From a virus (taxonomy: Duplodnaviria > Caudoviricetes): 57,883 nt of DNA. Shown here piece after piece: positions 17,844-27,084 of the stretch. The DNA lies in the IMG/VR virus record IMGVR_UViG_3300048631_000350, positions 1 through 57,883 of that record; one strand, given 5' to 3'. The translations under genes and the position numbers were made by a program. Every line of letters starts with the position of its first letter. Position 1 is the stretch's first letter. Below the pieces are notes generated by a model. The model did no database searches and was not told the DNA's origin. It saw only the letters and a program-made list of their open reading frames with translations.

Positions 17844-19459
17844 TACACAAGCTCCACGGGGCTGGTGGCTAGTTGCACAGAACGGATTTCAGCGGTGGCC
17901 TGCAACTCGATTTCCCACTCTCGATGCAGCGAGAAACCGGCAGGCATTCGGAACATGGCAGCGGACGGAATGGCGAAATCCAGCACGGTCTGGCTGTCCG
18001 CATACACCAGCAGGCGCACCGGGTAGCTGTCGGCAATGACCTGTCCGCACGTAAAGGCAGCAGAGCCCGGCGGCAACTCATGCACGCGAGAGCGCCAGGT
18101 GTAGGTCAGCGGTGTGCCTTTGTCCCATTGCGCGATATTTGCGCCCTGAATCAGATACAGGATGTCCTCGGCGATGTCGTAATAGCCGCCATCGGCCTGC
18201 ACATCGAAGAACTCAATGCCCACGCCCGGCGTGAATCGGAACGAACCCCCGCTGTAAAAGCCAAGGTACGCCCCGTCATACCGGTAGCCGTGGATGGTTT
18301 CGGGGTTCAGGGCCTGCCACTGATCGCGGGTGAGTGTATTGGCGGTAATCACCTGAGCCTCGGCGCCACCAATGGCTACCAGGCCGTCATAGCCGGCATA
18401 GATGGCGTACCCGCCCATATCCACCATGGAGCGCTTGGCAATGCACGGCTGGTTAACGTCCAGTTCCATCTGTGCCATGGCCTCCGGGGATGAACCGGTT
18501 ACCAGCCAGGGCTGGCCGGTCGTGGTCACCACAAGCCCGCCGCTCACGGCAGCAATGGCAACAATCGGATCTGCAAAAGCGAGTTGGTAGCTGACCGGCC
18601 ATGCGTGCGGCAAGTACGGTTCACTGAAGGCGAGTGTGTTGCCAAAGAAACCGGCGAGGATGCCGCCAGGCAACGCCGTGAGGCCGGTCATGTTCGGGTC
18701 CGGGCCATCCCAGAGCGTGCTGGCCAGTGTGAGGCCCAGCGCTTCAGACAGGACGTTATCGGTGTATGTCGCCGTGGCAGCGGTCAACTCGGCCACCAAC
18801 TGGTACAGGCCGCCGCTTTCCACGCGATACAGACGTTTCTTGGTGATGTTGTAATCGCCCGCCGGTACCGAGGGCAGCGTAATATCCAGGTGACCATTCG
18901 CGGGTGCGCCACTGACAGCATCCCAGCGCAGCGCGGTACCGGACGGATCCGAAGGCGGGCCTTCTTCGCCGTACTCGGTCACCATGGTGACCACGTAACT
19001 GACCTCAACTGCGGTATCAGGTACCTCGGTACGACCAGACGGCACGGCGATGACCGGTGAGGATTGTGGTGCGGGCACGCCCAATTCGTACCAGTCGGAC
19101 GGATATGGGCCTGCCCCGCCGGTTGCAATGGCAATCGTGCTCATCTTCGGGGAGTCCTGCCCGGTCCAGTACACCCGGGCATAGGCATCGTTCGCAACCG
19201 GTGAGCGCACAACGTCAATATCGTACTGACTGCCCCAAGAGAACCAGAAGCCGGCACCGGCGTTACCCTGGTCGTATCGCCACAGATTCGCGGGATTGAT
19301 GGTTGCGGGGAGTTGATCGGCAATCAGGGTGTCGCGCTGGGGGCGAAGGGTGCCGCGCCGCAAATCCAGATTGCGGGCAATCTGCGCGTTGTTTTCCGGC
19401 AATAGCCGGGCATCGAGGATCGGCAGTTCACCTCGGAATGCTGCGTGCTGGAGCTTCAT
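17843..19459 (-). CDS. Tail tube/nozzle protein
   Basis: 538-aa beta-rich ORF after the adaptors; LAFSEPYLPHAWP motif of podoviral tail proteins. Confidence 0.7.
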   Translation of the reverse strand: MKLQHAAFRGELPILDARLLPENNAQIARNLDLRRGTLRPQRDTLIADQLPATINPANLWRYDQGNAGAGFWFSWGSQYDIDVVRSPVANDAYARVYWTGQDSPKMSTIAIATGGAGPYPSDWYELGVPAPQSSPVIAVPSGRTEVPDTAVEVSYVVTMVTEYGEEGPPSDPSGTALRWDAVSGAPANGHLDITLPSVPAGDYNITKKRLYRVESGGLYQLVAELTAATATYTDNVLSEALGLTLASTLWDGPDPNMTGLTALPGGILAGFFGNTLAFSEPYLPHAWPVSYQLAFADPIVAIAAVSGGLVVTTTGQPWLVTGSSPEAMAQMELDVNQPCIAKRSMVDMGGYAIYAGYDGLVAIGGAEAQVITANTLTRDQWQALNPETIHGYRYDGAYLGFYSGGSFRFTPGVGIEFFDVQADGGYYDIAEDILYLIQGANIAQWDKGTPLTYTWRSRVHELPPGSAAFTCGQVIADSYPVRLLVYADSQTVLDFAIPSAAMFRMPAGFSLHREWEIELQATAEIRSVQLATSPVELV

Positions 19460-19471
19460 GCGCGGATCTCG

Positions 19472-20029
19472 TCAGAGAAAGGGGCGGGGTCGAACACGGG
19501 CGCCACCACGGGCGTGACCGTGACTGGCTGCCTGCTTGGCGTCGTGAATGCCGGACAGATATTGCGTGTGGTAGTAGGCCGCCATGCCCGGATCTTTCCA
19601 GGGCTGCGGCATCATCAGCAGGCGCCAGCGGGCGCCGTCACCGATAGGGTCTGCCCAGTTGTTCAGCAGGGCTTCGGCCAGCGGGTCCGTGGTCGTCGGG
19701 CGACAGGCCAGCTCCCCGGTCAGGTTGTCCCGGTCCGGCTTGCGCAGCATTTCAATGCGGCCAGGGTCGGGCTGCACGTAATCCACGCCCAGACGCAGCA
19801 CGCGATCCCCGGCTTTCAGGGAGCGAATGCGCAACGGCTCGGCATCCTCCGGCACGATCAGTTGCGGGTAGTTGCTGCGGGCCGCCACCACCACGTAGCC
19901 GCGGTGAATCCAGGCATCTGCCTCCTGGCAGAATTCCCGGGCCATGCGCTTGATCTGGTCGCGCACGGTCGCTCGGGGCGCTTCCGGAATGTCCAGCAGC
20001 ACCTGATCAATCAGCTCATCCTGCGTCAT
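19472..20029 (-). CDS. Head-tail adaptor-like protein
   Basis: 185-aa ORF between capsid and nozzle genes. Confidence 0.6.
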   Translation of the reverse strand: MTQDELIDQVLLDIPEAPRATVRDQIKRMAREFCQEADAWIHRGYVVVAARSNYPQLIVPEDAEPLRIRSLKAGDRVLRLGVDYVQPDPGRIEMLRKPDRDNLTGELACRPTTTDPLAEALLNNWADPIGDGARWRLLMMPQPWKDPGMAAYYHTQYLSGIHDAKQAASHGHARGGARVRPRPFL

Positions 20030-20718
20030 GCATTACCTCCCGGGGGATTGGCTGAGGTGTCCGGACTGTTGGGCGAGGCCATCTGATCGGATTGCGCCTT
20101 GCCGGTGATCTGGGACAGATACTGATTGAGGTGCAGTTGCGCCCGGTTCAGGTTGGCGCCCGTCTGCGCGTCCTTGCTGAACGCGCGGTACAGCATGTAA
20201 TCCACGGCAGCCGGCACATAGGCCGCATCCAGCCTGAAAGGCTCCTGACCGAACGCGCTGTAATCCTGCGCGACATCGTGCGACTCGGGCACCTTGGCGT
20301 ACAGGATCTCAACCGCCGCACCCACCGCCGCCGGCGGATACACGTAGAAATGGCGCGGGTCCAACTCATCGAACACGAAGCGCTCAATCTCCGTGGTCGC
20401 TTCATCGCTGTGCCAGGTGCGCCGCACGGTATCCAGCTCCCGTCGCGTGGCCACGAACACGGGCGGCATCTTGCCAACGGTGTTGCGGATCACATCCAGC
20501 AGGCGCTCGCCGCCATCTGGAATGGTCTGTTTCGTGCCGGCAACCAGTTGCAGTTCCTCGTTGACCACGGAAACTGAAGGCTTGAGGGCCACCGCTGCCG
20601 CGTAAAACTCGTTGAGCCAGTCGCCCAGCTCTGCATTGGTCCAGCGAATACCCTCTGCGCCAATCTCTTGCAGAATGCGTTTCGCCCGATCAATGGGCGT
20701 TGCAACGGTGACAGCCAT
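20026..20718 (-). CDS. Head-tail adaptor protein
   Basis: RWTNAEL..WLNE...FYVYPP...DYMLYRAFSKD motifs. Confidence 0.7.
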   Translation of the reverse strand: MAVTVATPIDRAKRILQEIGAEGIRWTNAELGDWLNEFYAAAVALKPSVSVVNEELQLVAGTKQTIPDGGERLLDVIRNTVGKMPPVFVATRRELDTVRRTWHSDEATTEIERFVFDELDPRHFYVYPPAAVGAAVEILYAKVPESHDVAQDYSAFGQEPFRLDAAYVPAAVDYMLYRAFSKDAQTGANLNRAQLHLNQYLSQITGKAQSDQMASPNSPDTSANPPGGNA

Positions 20719-20721
20719 GGC

Positions 20722-21156
20722 TTACCCCACTTCTTCCATGTGGCTGTATTTCGCCATTTCCGGCGTCCAGGGAATCAAGCGGCCGGTGCGCTTGTTGCGC
20801 CCCAACTTGCCCTTGTAGCCAGTGGTTTCGGGCTGTTTCACGGGCTGCGGCTCAGGCGCTGGCGCTTGAGGTTCTTGCGGCTCGCTCGCGGGCTCTGGCT
20901 GGGTTTCAGTTTCAGTCTCGGCCTGCGGTTCGCCGGCTGGCTCGCCTGCCACTTCCGGCTCGGATGCAGGTTCGGGCTCGCCACCCTGTTCCTGTGCGTT
21001 CAGGCGATCTTCGGCATAGCCCAGCAACTTGGCACGAATCACCTCCTTGTTTTCGCGCTTGTCCACATTGATATCCAAGTGCTCAATGCCCAGCGCCTCC
21101 AGATCATCCTTGGTCCGGGCCTTGGTGATCTTGTCGATCAGTACCGTCATGTCCAT
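20722..21156 (-). CDS. Hypothetical protein with Pro/Glu-rich linker
   Basis: GGAG RBS; ORF directly after the capsid terminator. Confidence 0.65.
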   Translation of the reverse strand: MDMTVLIDKITKARTKDDLEALGIEHLDINVDKRENKEVIRAKLLGYAEDRLNAQEQGGEPEPASEPEVAGEPAGEPQAETETETQPEPASEPQEPQAPAPEPQPVKQPETTGYKGKLGRNKRTGRLIPWTPEMAKYSHMEEVG

Positions 21157-21173
21157 TGGATTACTCCGTCAGG

Positions 21174-21204
21174 AACAAGAAAACCGCCCCGTAGGGCGGT
21201 TCTC
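21174..21204 (-). terminator. Terminator after the major capsid gene
   Basis: AACCGCCC-TACG-GGGCGGTT followed by a T-rich tail on the minus strand. Confidence 0.75.
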
Positions 21205-21212
21205 AGGTGGGT

Positions 21213-22013
21213 TTAGCCGCGCTCGGCGTACAGGTGGCCGATGGCGTTCGGGTCGATGACTTTGCGGCCATAGACGTTCAGGCCACGGATCAGCTTGCCG
21301 AAGTCTTGCGGGTTCGGCAGCGTTTCCATGTTGGTCATCTGACTGGCGAAGGTCAGCGCCTTCTTGTGACCAAAGATCACGTTGGTGGCCGGACGGGTGG
21401 TGGTGCCATCAACAACTGTGTTCAGGTTGTTGGACACGTACACGGTGAAGCGATCCAGTTCGCCCACCTTGCCATTGCGGTAAACGCTGGTCGCGTCACC
21501 CATGGCGCTGGCGTCGCGCAGATCAGACTTCTTGAGCATGCCGTTCATCCACGCCGGGATGACGATGTACCGCCCGGTGTTCGGGCAGTTCTGCTCGTCC
21601 AGTGCCACGCCGGCATCAACAATCACATCCATGATGTTGGCCTTGGTGACGGCTACCGGCGCGCCGGCTTCGCCCAGGTTGATGGAGCCAGACTGGGCAC
21701 CAGCAGCTGCACCGGCATTCTCCGGGGCCGCCTCGGTGTACGCGTAGGCGTTCACATCGGTGTCGATCTTGATGGACATTTGCTGACCACCATCGTCAGA
21801 CCAGTTGTCCATCAGCTTGATGTCGGACTGGTAGGCGTCCACATCGTTGACCTCAAAGGCAAAGTACTTCGCCTGGTCAATCTGCAGCTCCACCTTGTCG
21901 GAAGTCGGCTTCTCGTAGTTGAGGCCGCCGCCGATCTCGTAGTCACGGATCGTGATGGACGGAGTGGTACGGATCTGCACGCTGTCACCCTGCTGCTTGA
22001 TCTCGCCCTCGTA
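21213..22013 (-). CDS. Major capsid protein, exon 2 (YEGEIKQQGDSVQIR...ERG*)
   Basis: Joins exon 1 in frame to give NTDYEGEI and a 313-aa P22-coat-like capsid protein; RGLNVYGRKV C-terminal motif. Confidence 0.9.
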   Translation of the reverse strand, partial: YEGEIKQQGDSVQIRTTPSITIRDYEIGGGLNYEKPTSDKVELQIDQAKYFAFEVNDVDAYQSDIKLMDNWSDDGGQQMSIKIDTDVNAYAYTEAAPENAGAAAGAQSGSINLGEAGAPVAVTKANIMDVIVDAGVALDEQNCPNTGRYIVIPAWMNGMLKKSDLRDASAMGDATSVYRNGKVGELDRFTVYVSNNLNTVVDGTTTRPATNVIFGHKKALTFASQMTNMETLPNPQDFGKLIRGLNVYGRKVIDPNAIGHLYAERG

Positions 22014-23050
22014 CAGGCGTGTTACCCCAAGGGCTCTTTATCCCCTGGTTCTGCCGGTTCATTTCCCGACAGTTCGGACTATATCATCACCCAGCGCGGG
22101 AGCCGTGAGGCTTCCTTCCATCCGCATGCCGGCGAACATTCCTGTAATACTCTCGCGAGTAACAGGCTGTGCAGAGGCCTCCGCGCCTTTTTTCGTAGAT
22201 CACGGAATTGCATTCTCTGCACTCGCCAACGGGTGTCTGGCACTCGTGGGAACGCATGTCTGATAGGTGGCTCAGTTTGTAGAGCATTGGTTCCGGGATG
22301 TATTCCTCAATTAAGCGACCGAACTTTTTGCTTTCTTCGGTGTTCGCTTCAATGAAGAATTGACTCCCGGGGCTGCAAGTTTTCTTGCAGCGCTTCTTGA
22401 AGGCAATTCCGTGATTTTCAATAAACCACTGTATTACCTGCTCCACCTCTTCTTCTGAGCACATCGTTGCAATGTTGGTAGCGACCGAGGTTACTCGTCC
22501 ATCTTTGTTGGTGTTTCGCCTGGCATGACCATCATCCATGTACCAAATGGCAATGCCTTCAGGTGTAAGCATGTCAAGCACCTGACCAGAAAGGCGCTTT
22601 TGGCCTCCCGGGTACAGCCAGCGCTTGACCTGACCAAAGTACGGATGACTGACTCCGAACTGATACGCACTGTACCTGCCCCCCGGTCCATTCTTAACCT
22701 TGGTGACATTGATCTGCCTTCCGCCTAGCGCCCATCCTAAACGCTTGGCCTTCCACTCAACATAGAGCCTTTGGCTTTCACCGTGCAGAACCCTCATTGT
22801 GCGGGATTCGTAAGGATACTTGCCTTGCCCGAGTCGCTGACGGACCTGGATATGCCCGTCACCAAGCGCCATCCCAATGATGACGCCTCGCTTTTCGCTA
22901 TTCATTGCAGCACCTATTTCGTGGCACTAAGGCCATGAGGTATGAAATGCGTCCCTAGTCTCTGAACCTTCCCAAGTCCGTTTGGGCTTGGCTGCTGATT
23001 CCCGTTTCAGGGTTCCAGCAATTCACCAGATTTTACACCGACCACGATTA
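22014..23050 (-). ncRNA. Self-splicing group I intron (1037 nt, IA-like with P7.1) in the major capsid gene
   Basis: P1 ACACCGAU/GUCGGUGU with a U.G splice pair; P10 UCGUG/UACGA; P (AAUUGCUGGAA), Q (AAUCAGCAG), R (UUCAGAGACUA) and S (GAUAUAGUCC) elements; terminal G. Confidence 0.92.
22087..22905 (-). CDS. Intron-encoded double-motif LAGLIDADG homing endonuclease with C-terminal CxxC-CxxC
   Basis: GVIIGMALGDG and LTPEGIAIWYMDDG motifs; CREC...CTAC tail. Confidence 0.9.
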   Translation of the reverse strand: MNSEKRGVIIGMALGDGHIQVRQRLGQGKYPYESRTMRVLHGESQRLYVEWKAKRLGWALGGRQINVTKVKNGPGGRYSAYQFGVSHPYFGQVKRWLYPGGQKRLSGQVLDMLTPEGIAIWYMDDGHARRNTNKDGRVTSVATNIATMCSEEEVEQVIQWFIENHGIAFKKRCKKTCSPGSQFFIEANTEESKKFGRLIEEYIPEPMLYKLSHLSDMRSHECQTPVGECRECNSVIYEKRRGGLCTACYSREYYRNVRRHADGRKPHGSRAG

Positions 23051-23191
23051 ATCGGTGTTGGCGATTTCGGCGTAGTAGGTGTGGGCGTACAGCTTTTCGA
23101 CCAGCTTTCCGCTCCATACGGAGGGGATAAAGCCGGGGGTGCTGGTGCTGGAGTAATTCGGGTGCCCTGCGGCACGAGTTGGACCTGCCAT
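23051..23191 (-). CDS. Major capsid protein, exon 1 (47 aa, MAGPT...EIANTD)
   Basis: GAGAGG RBS; FIPSVWSGKL capsid N-terminal motif; ends at the intron 5' splice site. Confidence 0.9.
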
Positions 23192-23233
23192 GATAATTAC
23201 CTCTCGGGATCGGGAACCGCGAGAAGGGGGCGG

Positions 23234-24187
23234 TTATCGAACGCGCCCCTCATTCAGTGCGGCAAAAATGTCGGCTTCCAGCCGCTCCCGCTCGCTCGCG
23301 CTGTATTTCCCGGCGGCCGCATCCTTGTAGAACTTCTTGATTTCCCCGTCCGTCCAGACCGTCTGCCCCTGTGGGGTCTCGGTCGCACGGCTGGTTTGGG
23401 GGTCTACTTGGTCGTCGGGAATGCGCGGCTTGGGAGCCGGCTGTTGTTTTTTGAAGTCGTTGAACACGGCGGCTACGCCGTCTGCATCCAGTGCCTGTTG
23501 CGCATCCGCCAGGGTTTGCTGGCGTTGCTTTCCGGTCTGCGAGTCAAACTGGGTCAGGAAGGCGTGGAAGGCCTGATCGGCGTTGATCTGCTTCCAGTCG
23601 GGCACCAATTCTGTCAGCACGGTCCAGAACGTTGCCTGGGCCTTTTGCTGATCACGCTCCTTGATCTCGTTCAGCTGGTCTTCAAGCTGTCGAACCTTGG
23701 AGTCGTCGGTTGCCGGAACGGCCTTGCTGTCGATCATCTTCTGAACGAACAGCACAAAATCCTCGCCAAATTCTTCCTTGCCTTTCTGGATCTGCTCGTC
23801 GGTCAAGCCGCCAGGGTTGTTGGCTGGATTGGATGCCTGCTTCAGCGCATCGATCTCGCGGCCTTTCGCTTCGAGCTGACCTTTCAGTTCGCTGACTTCT
23901 CGACGCAGCGCGGGCACCTCGGCGGCGTACTTCCCACTCATGACGTTGAAGCGGTGTTCCCAGTAGGTCTCGGAACGCTTAGGCTGATCGCCCGGCGTTT
24001 CGTCGCTGCCTTGGGAGTGCTCGTTGTCTTCGGGTTTCGGCTGGGTGTCAGCGGGTTGCGCGGCAGTGTCCGTTGCATCAGGCGTCTTTTCTTCCGCTTC
24101 CGGAGCCGCTGGCGCGGGATTCTGGAGGGCATCAAAGTGCGCTTTCGCCTCATCGGCTTGCTTCTGGACGGAACGGGGTAGTGACAT
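23234..24187 (-). CDS. Capsid scaffolding protein
   Basis: Acidic coiled-coil protein before the capsid gene, ending in EGRVR; AAGGAG RBS before MSLPRS. Confidence 0.75.
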   Translation of the reverse strand: MSLPRSVQKQADEAKAHFDALQNPAPAAPEAEEKTPDATDTAAQPADTQPKPEDNEHSQGSDETPGDQPKRSETYWEHRFNVMSGKYAAEVPALRREVSELKGQLEAKGREIDALKQASNPANNPGGLTDEQIQKGKEEFGEDFVLFVQKMIDSKAVPATDDSKVRQLEDQLNEIKERDQQKAQATFWTVLTELVPDWKQINADQAFHAFLTQFDSQTGKQRQQTLADAQQALDADGVAAVFNDFKKQQPAPKPRIPDDQVDPQTSRATETPQGQTVWTDGEIKKFYKDAAAGKYSASERERLEADIFAALNEGRVR

Positions 24188-24294
24188 TTCAACTCCTTGT
24201 GCGCTTATCTGCGCGGTGAGCCGGCAAGTGCCGGGGTTCACGATTCGGGATCACGGATTCAGCAACCAGTGGCCGCTGGTGCTGAGCGTTCGCC

Positions 24295-24339
24295 CACAAA
24301 AAAGCCGCCTCCCATTGCTGGTGAAGCGGCTTTGTTGTG
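24295..24339 (-). terminator. Intrinsic terminator between the portal and scaffold genes
   Basis: AAAGCCGC...GCGGCTTTTTT on the minus strand. Confidence 0.65.
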
Positions 24340-24359
24340 AGGCCCGTTTCCGGGCGGTG

Positions 24360-24581
24360 TTAGCTAAATCGTGTTTTGACAGTCTCGGGGGCTTTTTCGA
24401 TCAACTCCATCATATCCTTGTAGGCCTTGGCGCCACCCTGCTCGATACCAAAATTGTCAGGGCTGGCTTGCTCAAGACGGTCTCTGCAGACCTCTCTGCG
24501 GCGCCGGAGAATAGCCAGCAGATGCTTGCCATCCGGGGTTGCGGCCAGTCTGGCCAGGGCCTTCCAGTCCTGTTCGTTCAT
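24360..24581 (-). CDS. Small conserved protein after the portal
   Basis: 73-aa ORF in the usual post-portal slot. Confidence 0.6.
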   Translation of the reverse strand: MNEQDWKALARLAATPDGKHLLAILRRRREVCRDRLEQASPDNFGIEQGGAKAYKDMMELIEKAPETVKTRFS

Positions 24582-26688
24582 CGGGTTTCACCATGTTGAG
24601 GATTTCTGCGAGCAACTTACGGGCTTCCAGCGGGGTCAAAGTCTGGGTTCGCTGGGCATCCGCCTGAGTCTCGGCCACTTCGGCCTCACTCTTGGCGGCC
24701 TTGGCCATTTTCTCCTGCGCTTCGGCCTGCTTAATCATTTGCTCGAGCTTCTGCATCATCTGCCCCTGCTCCTGCTGAGAGGCCAGGTTCTCGCGCATCT
24801 TGTCCTCAGAGGGGATCAGGCCGGGCAGGTCCAACTTCTCAGCCACAGCGGCCAGCAGGTCGCGGCGGCCCTCTTGACCGATAATGCCCATATCAATCGG
24901 GTTCGCAGTCATTGCCAAGAACTCGGCGCGCATCTGGTGCGTCTGCTCACGAATCAGCATGGCGCTGGAGCCGCGAGGCACTACCGACACATCGCCCTTG
25001 ATGCTGTTGTCGTCGCTGTACTGCATGTTGTGCAGCCACAGAGCCTCGATCACACGGCGAATCACGCCCCGGTCAATGTGGCGAATGGCGTCCTTGATGC
25101 CCTTGTTGGCACTTTCCATGAGCATGGACAGGCCGCTGGCTGTCTGACCAGCACCGCCCACGCGCTCATTACCGTAGGCGTAGCGGGGAATATTGGTCGC
25201 ATCGTCGGCCCGGCGCTCAAACTGCTCATAAACCGTCAGCAACTCAGCAGCGTTGCTGGTTGGCTGGAAGAATCGCACCGCCGGATTGTTGCCGGTAACG
25301 GCGGAATCCTTCGTGCGCCAGACCTTCCACGGATACATGTTCGTCGGGTCTTCCGTGGCGTCCAGCCGTTCCTCGTACACTTCCACCTGCGGGCCGGAGG
25401 AAATTGCCAAGTTATTCACCAGGCTGCGGGCGGTGGCGTTACACACGTCCTGAACGTCTGCCATTAGCTCGGGAATGCCTTGGCCCCAGAATGAGCCCGG
25501 CACCGGCTGGAAGCTCGCCGTGTGGTACGGGCGGCGCTCCAGGGGATCACGGTTGATCTTCACGCGGATAACGTGACGACCAATCAGCGTGGCTTCCACC
25601 TCGTACTCGGCCAGCGGGTCTTCGATGTCGTCCGGGTTTACGCCCCACTGCAGCAGGCTGATACCTTGCGCGCCGCCGCAGTAGATCAGCGCATCGATAG
25701 TCTGGCCCTTGGTCAGCCATTCATGGCCGCGCCCTTCCAGTTCCGCGCGTTCGCCGTCCGTCCACAACCAATTGCGCAGACCGCTCTGGCCGTGCTCCTG
25801 AAGCACGTTGCGGATGGCTTCTTCGTTGTACCCAGGCGCTCCAATCAGTCTGTTCAACTGGCCCCGGGTAAACCGGCACCGCTCGATGATGTACGCGCCG
25901 TCATCAATGCTGACCGCATCCGGGCTCGGGTACAGGTCAAAGGGGCTTACCCGGTACCAGTCCGGGCGAATTTCTTTTGTCTTGACCGGCTTCCATCCCT
26001 GCATCCACGCCAGTGCGGAAACGTTACGCAGGTTGTGGCCGCGAATAATGGCGTTCGGGTAGGTAGCAAAATCCTCAATGAAGTCTGCCAGTGCGTTATC
26101 CCAGTTACCCTCGCTCAACTGGTCTTCAATCAACTCCTGGTGCCGCTCGGCGGCTTCCTCGGCCATTTCCTGCGCAGCACGGCGCACATGATCCTCGGCG
26201 GCTTTCATCACCGCTTGCGGATCCAGTGGCTGGCCAGTCTGTTCGGCCTGCATGGCGGCTTGCTGAATGAACTGACGGAATACCGGGCGCAAAAACTCAG
26301 GGGGAACGCTGGCGATCGGTGTCGGTTCCAACCCCCACGGGCGCTCGTTGGCGGGCATGAGAATGTCCCGAATCCACGACGAAGCCGCCCGACACTTGGT
26401 GGTGGTCAGCATCATAAAAATGGCGCTGCCGCCTTCTTGCTGAATTGCGGCCAGCTTTTCCGGGGAGTACTCGCCCTTGCGCCGTCTCAGGCAGTCCAGC
26501 AGGCGGCGCTCCACCTCCTGCTTGGCCATCTTGGCTTCTTCCCAGCACCGATGGATGTGCGAGCCCAGAGAACTCTCCAGCAACGCACGGCGGCGCTCCT
26601 GTTCATCCTGTAGCCGTTGTGCTTCTTGCTCATCAACGGCGCGAAGGTCCGCAGCAGATCGATACTGCAGAAGGCCCAAACTAGCCAT
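24472..26688 (-). CDS. Portal protein
   Basis: 738 aa after the terminase; RVSPFDLYP, FWGQGIPE and TASGLSML motifs of P22/933W-like portals. Confidence 0.88.
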   Translation of the reverse strand: MASLGLLQYRSAADLRAVDEQEAQRLQDEQERRRALLESSLGSHIHRCWEEAKMAKQEVERRLLDCLRRRKGEYSPEKLAAIQQEGGSAIFMMLTTTKCRAASSWIRDILMPANERPWGLEPTPIASVPPEFLRPVFRQFIQQAAMQAEQTGQPLDPQAVMKAAEDHVRRAAQEMAEEAAERHQELIEDQLSEGNWDNALADFIEDFATYPNAIIRGHNLRNVSALAWMQGWKPVKTKEIRPDWYRVSPFDLYPSPDAVSIDDGAYIIERCRFTRGQLNRLIGAPGYNEEAIRNVLQEHGQSGLRNWLWTDGERAELEGRGHEWLTKGQTIDALIYCGGAQGISLLQWGVNPDDIEDPLAEYEVEATLIGRHVIRVKINRDPLERRPYHTASFQPVPGSFWGQGIPELMADVQDVCNATARSLVNNLAISSGPQVEVYEERLDATEDPTNMYPWKVWRTKDSAVTGNNPAVRFFQPTSNAAELLTVYEQFERRADDATNIPRYAYGNERVGGAGQTASGLSMLMESANKGIKDAIRHIDRGVIRRVIEALWLHNMQYSDDNSIKGDVSVVPRGSSAMLIREQTHQMRAEFLAMTANPIDMGIIGQEGRRDLLAAVAEKLDLPGLIPSEDKMRENLASQQEQGQMMQKLEQMIKQAEAQEKMAKAAKSEAEVAETQADAQRTQTLTPLEARKLLAEILNMVKPDERTGLEGPGQTGRNPGWQASAGYSPAPQRGLQRPS

Positions 26689-27076
26689 TGGCTGCCGTCT
26701 CCCGGGTCAGAATGTCGTACATGGCCGCATCCAGAAGGCGCTTGTTATGGCGCATCTTCTGGCCGTTGCGCAGCATCGGGTACAGGTGGTCAAACAAGTC
26801 TTTCAGGGTGCCAACAGGATCTTTCTCGAAATCTTCCAGGTTCACGTTGAACGCCACGCCGAACCGGGCTTCGGTCATAAACTGCAAACGAACGCCAGGC
26901 TTGGGCTGCGTTACGCGCTTCTCGATGATGATCGGGTCAATCTGGATGTAATCCACATCGTTGCGGAACTGGCCGTTGGGTACCGGAAGGCCGGTTTTGG
27001 CAATAGCCTTCGCTACCAGTACAGCCACTTCCCGTTGCGTCAAAGTGACCGGCTTGTTCGATTCGAGAATGGCCAT
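26681..27076 (-). CDS. Hypothetical protein
   Basis: GAGG RBS; between terminase and portal. Confidence 0.65.
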   Translation of the reverse strand: MAILESNKPVTLTQREVAVLVAKAIAKTGLPVPNGQFRNDVDYIQIDPIIIEKRVTQPKPGVRLQFMTEARFGVAFNVNLEDFEKDPVGTLKDLFDHLYPMLRNGQKMRHNKRLLDAAMYDILTRETAANG

Positions 27077-27084
27077 GGATACCT

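Noticed and set aside
21213-21980. Track ORF read as a stand-alone 255-aa capsid protein, or the gene read as a pseudogene or intein fusion
   Set aside because: Better explained as exon 2; the stop right after exon 1 and the group I RNA motifs exclude an intein
24472-24581. 110-nt overlap of the portal C-terminus with the next gene as a frameshift
   Set aside because: No slippery site or broken domain evident; probably a dispensable tail
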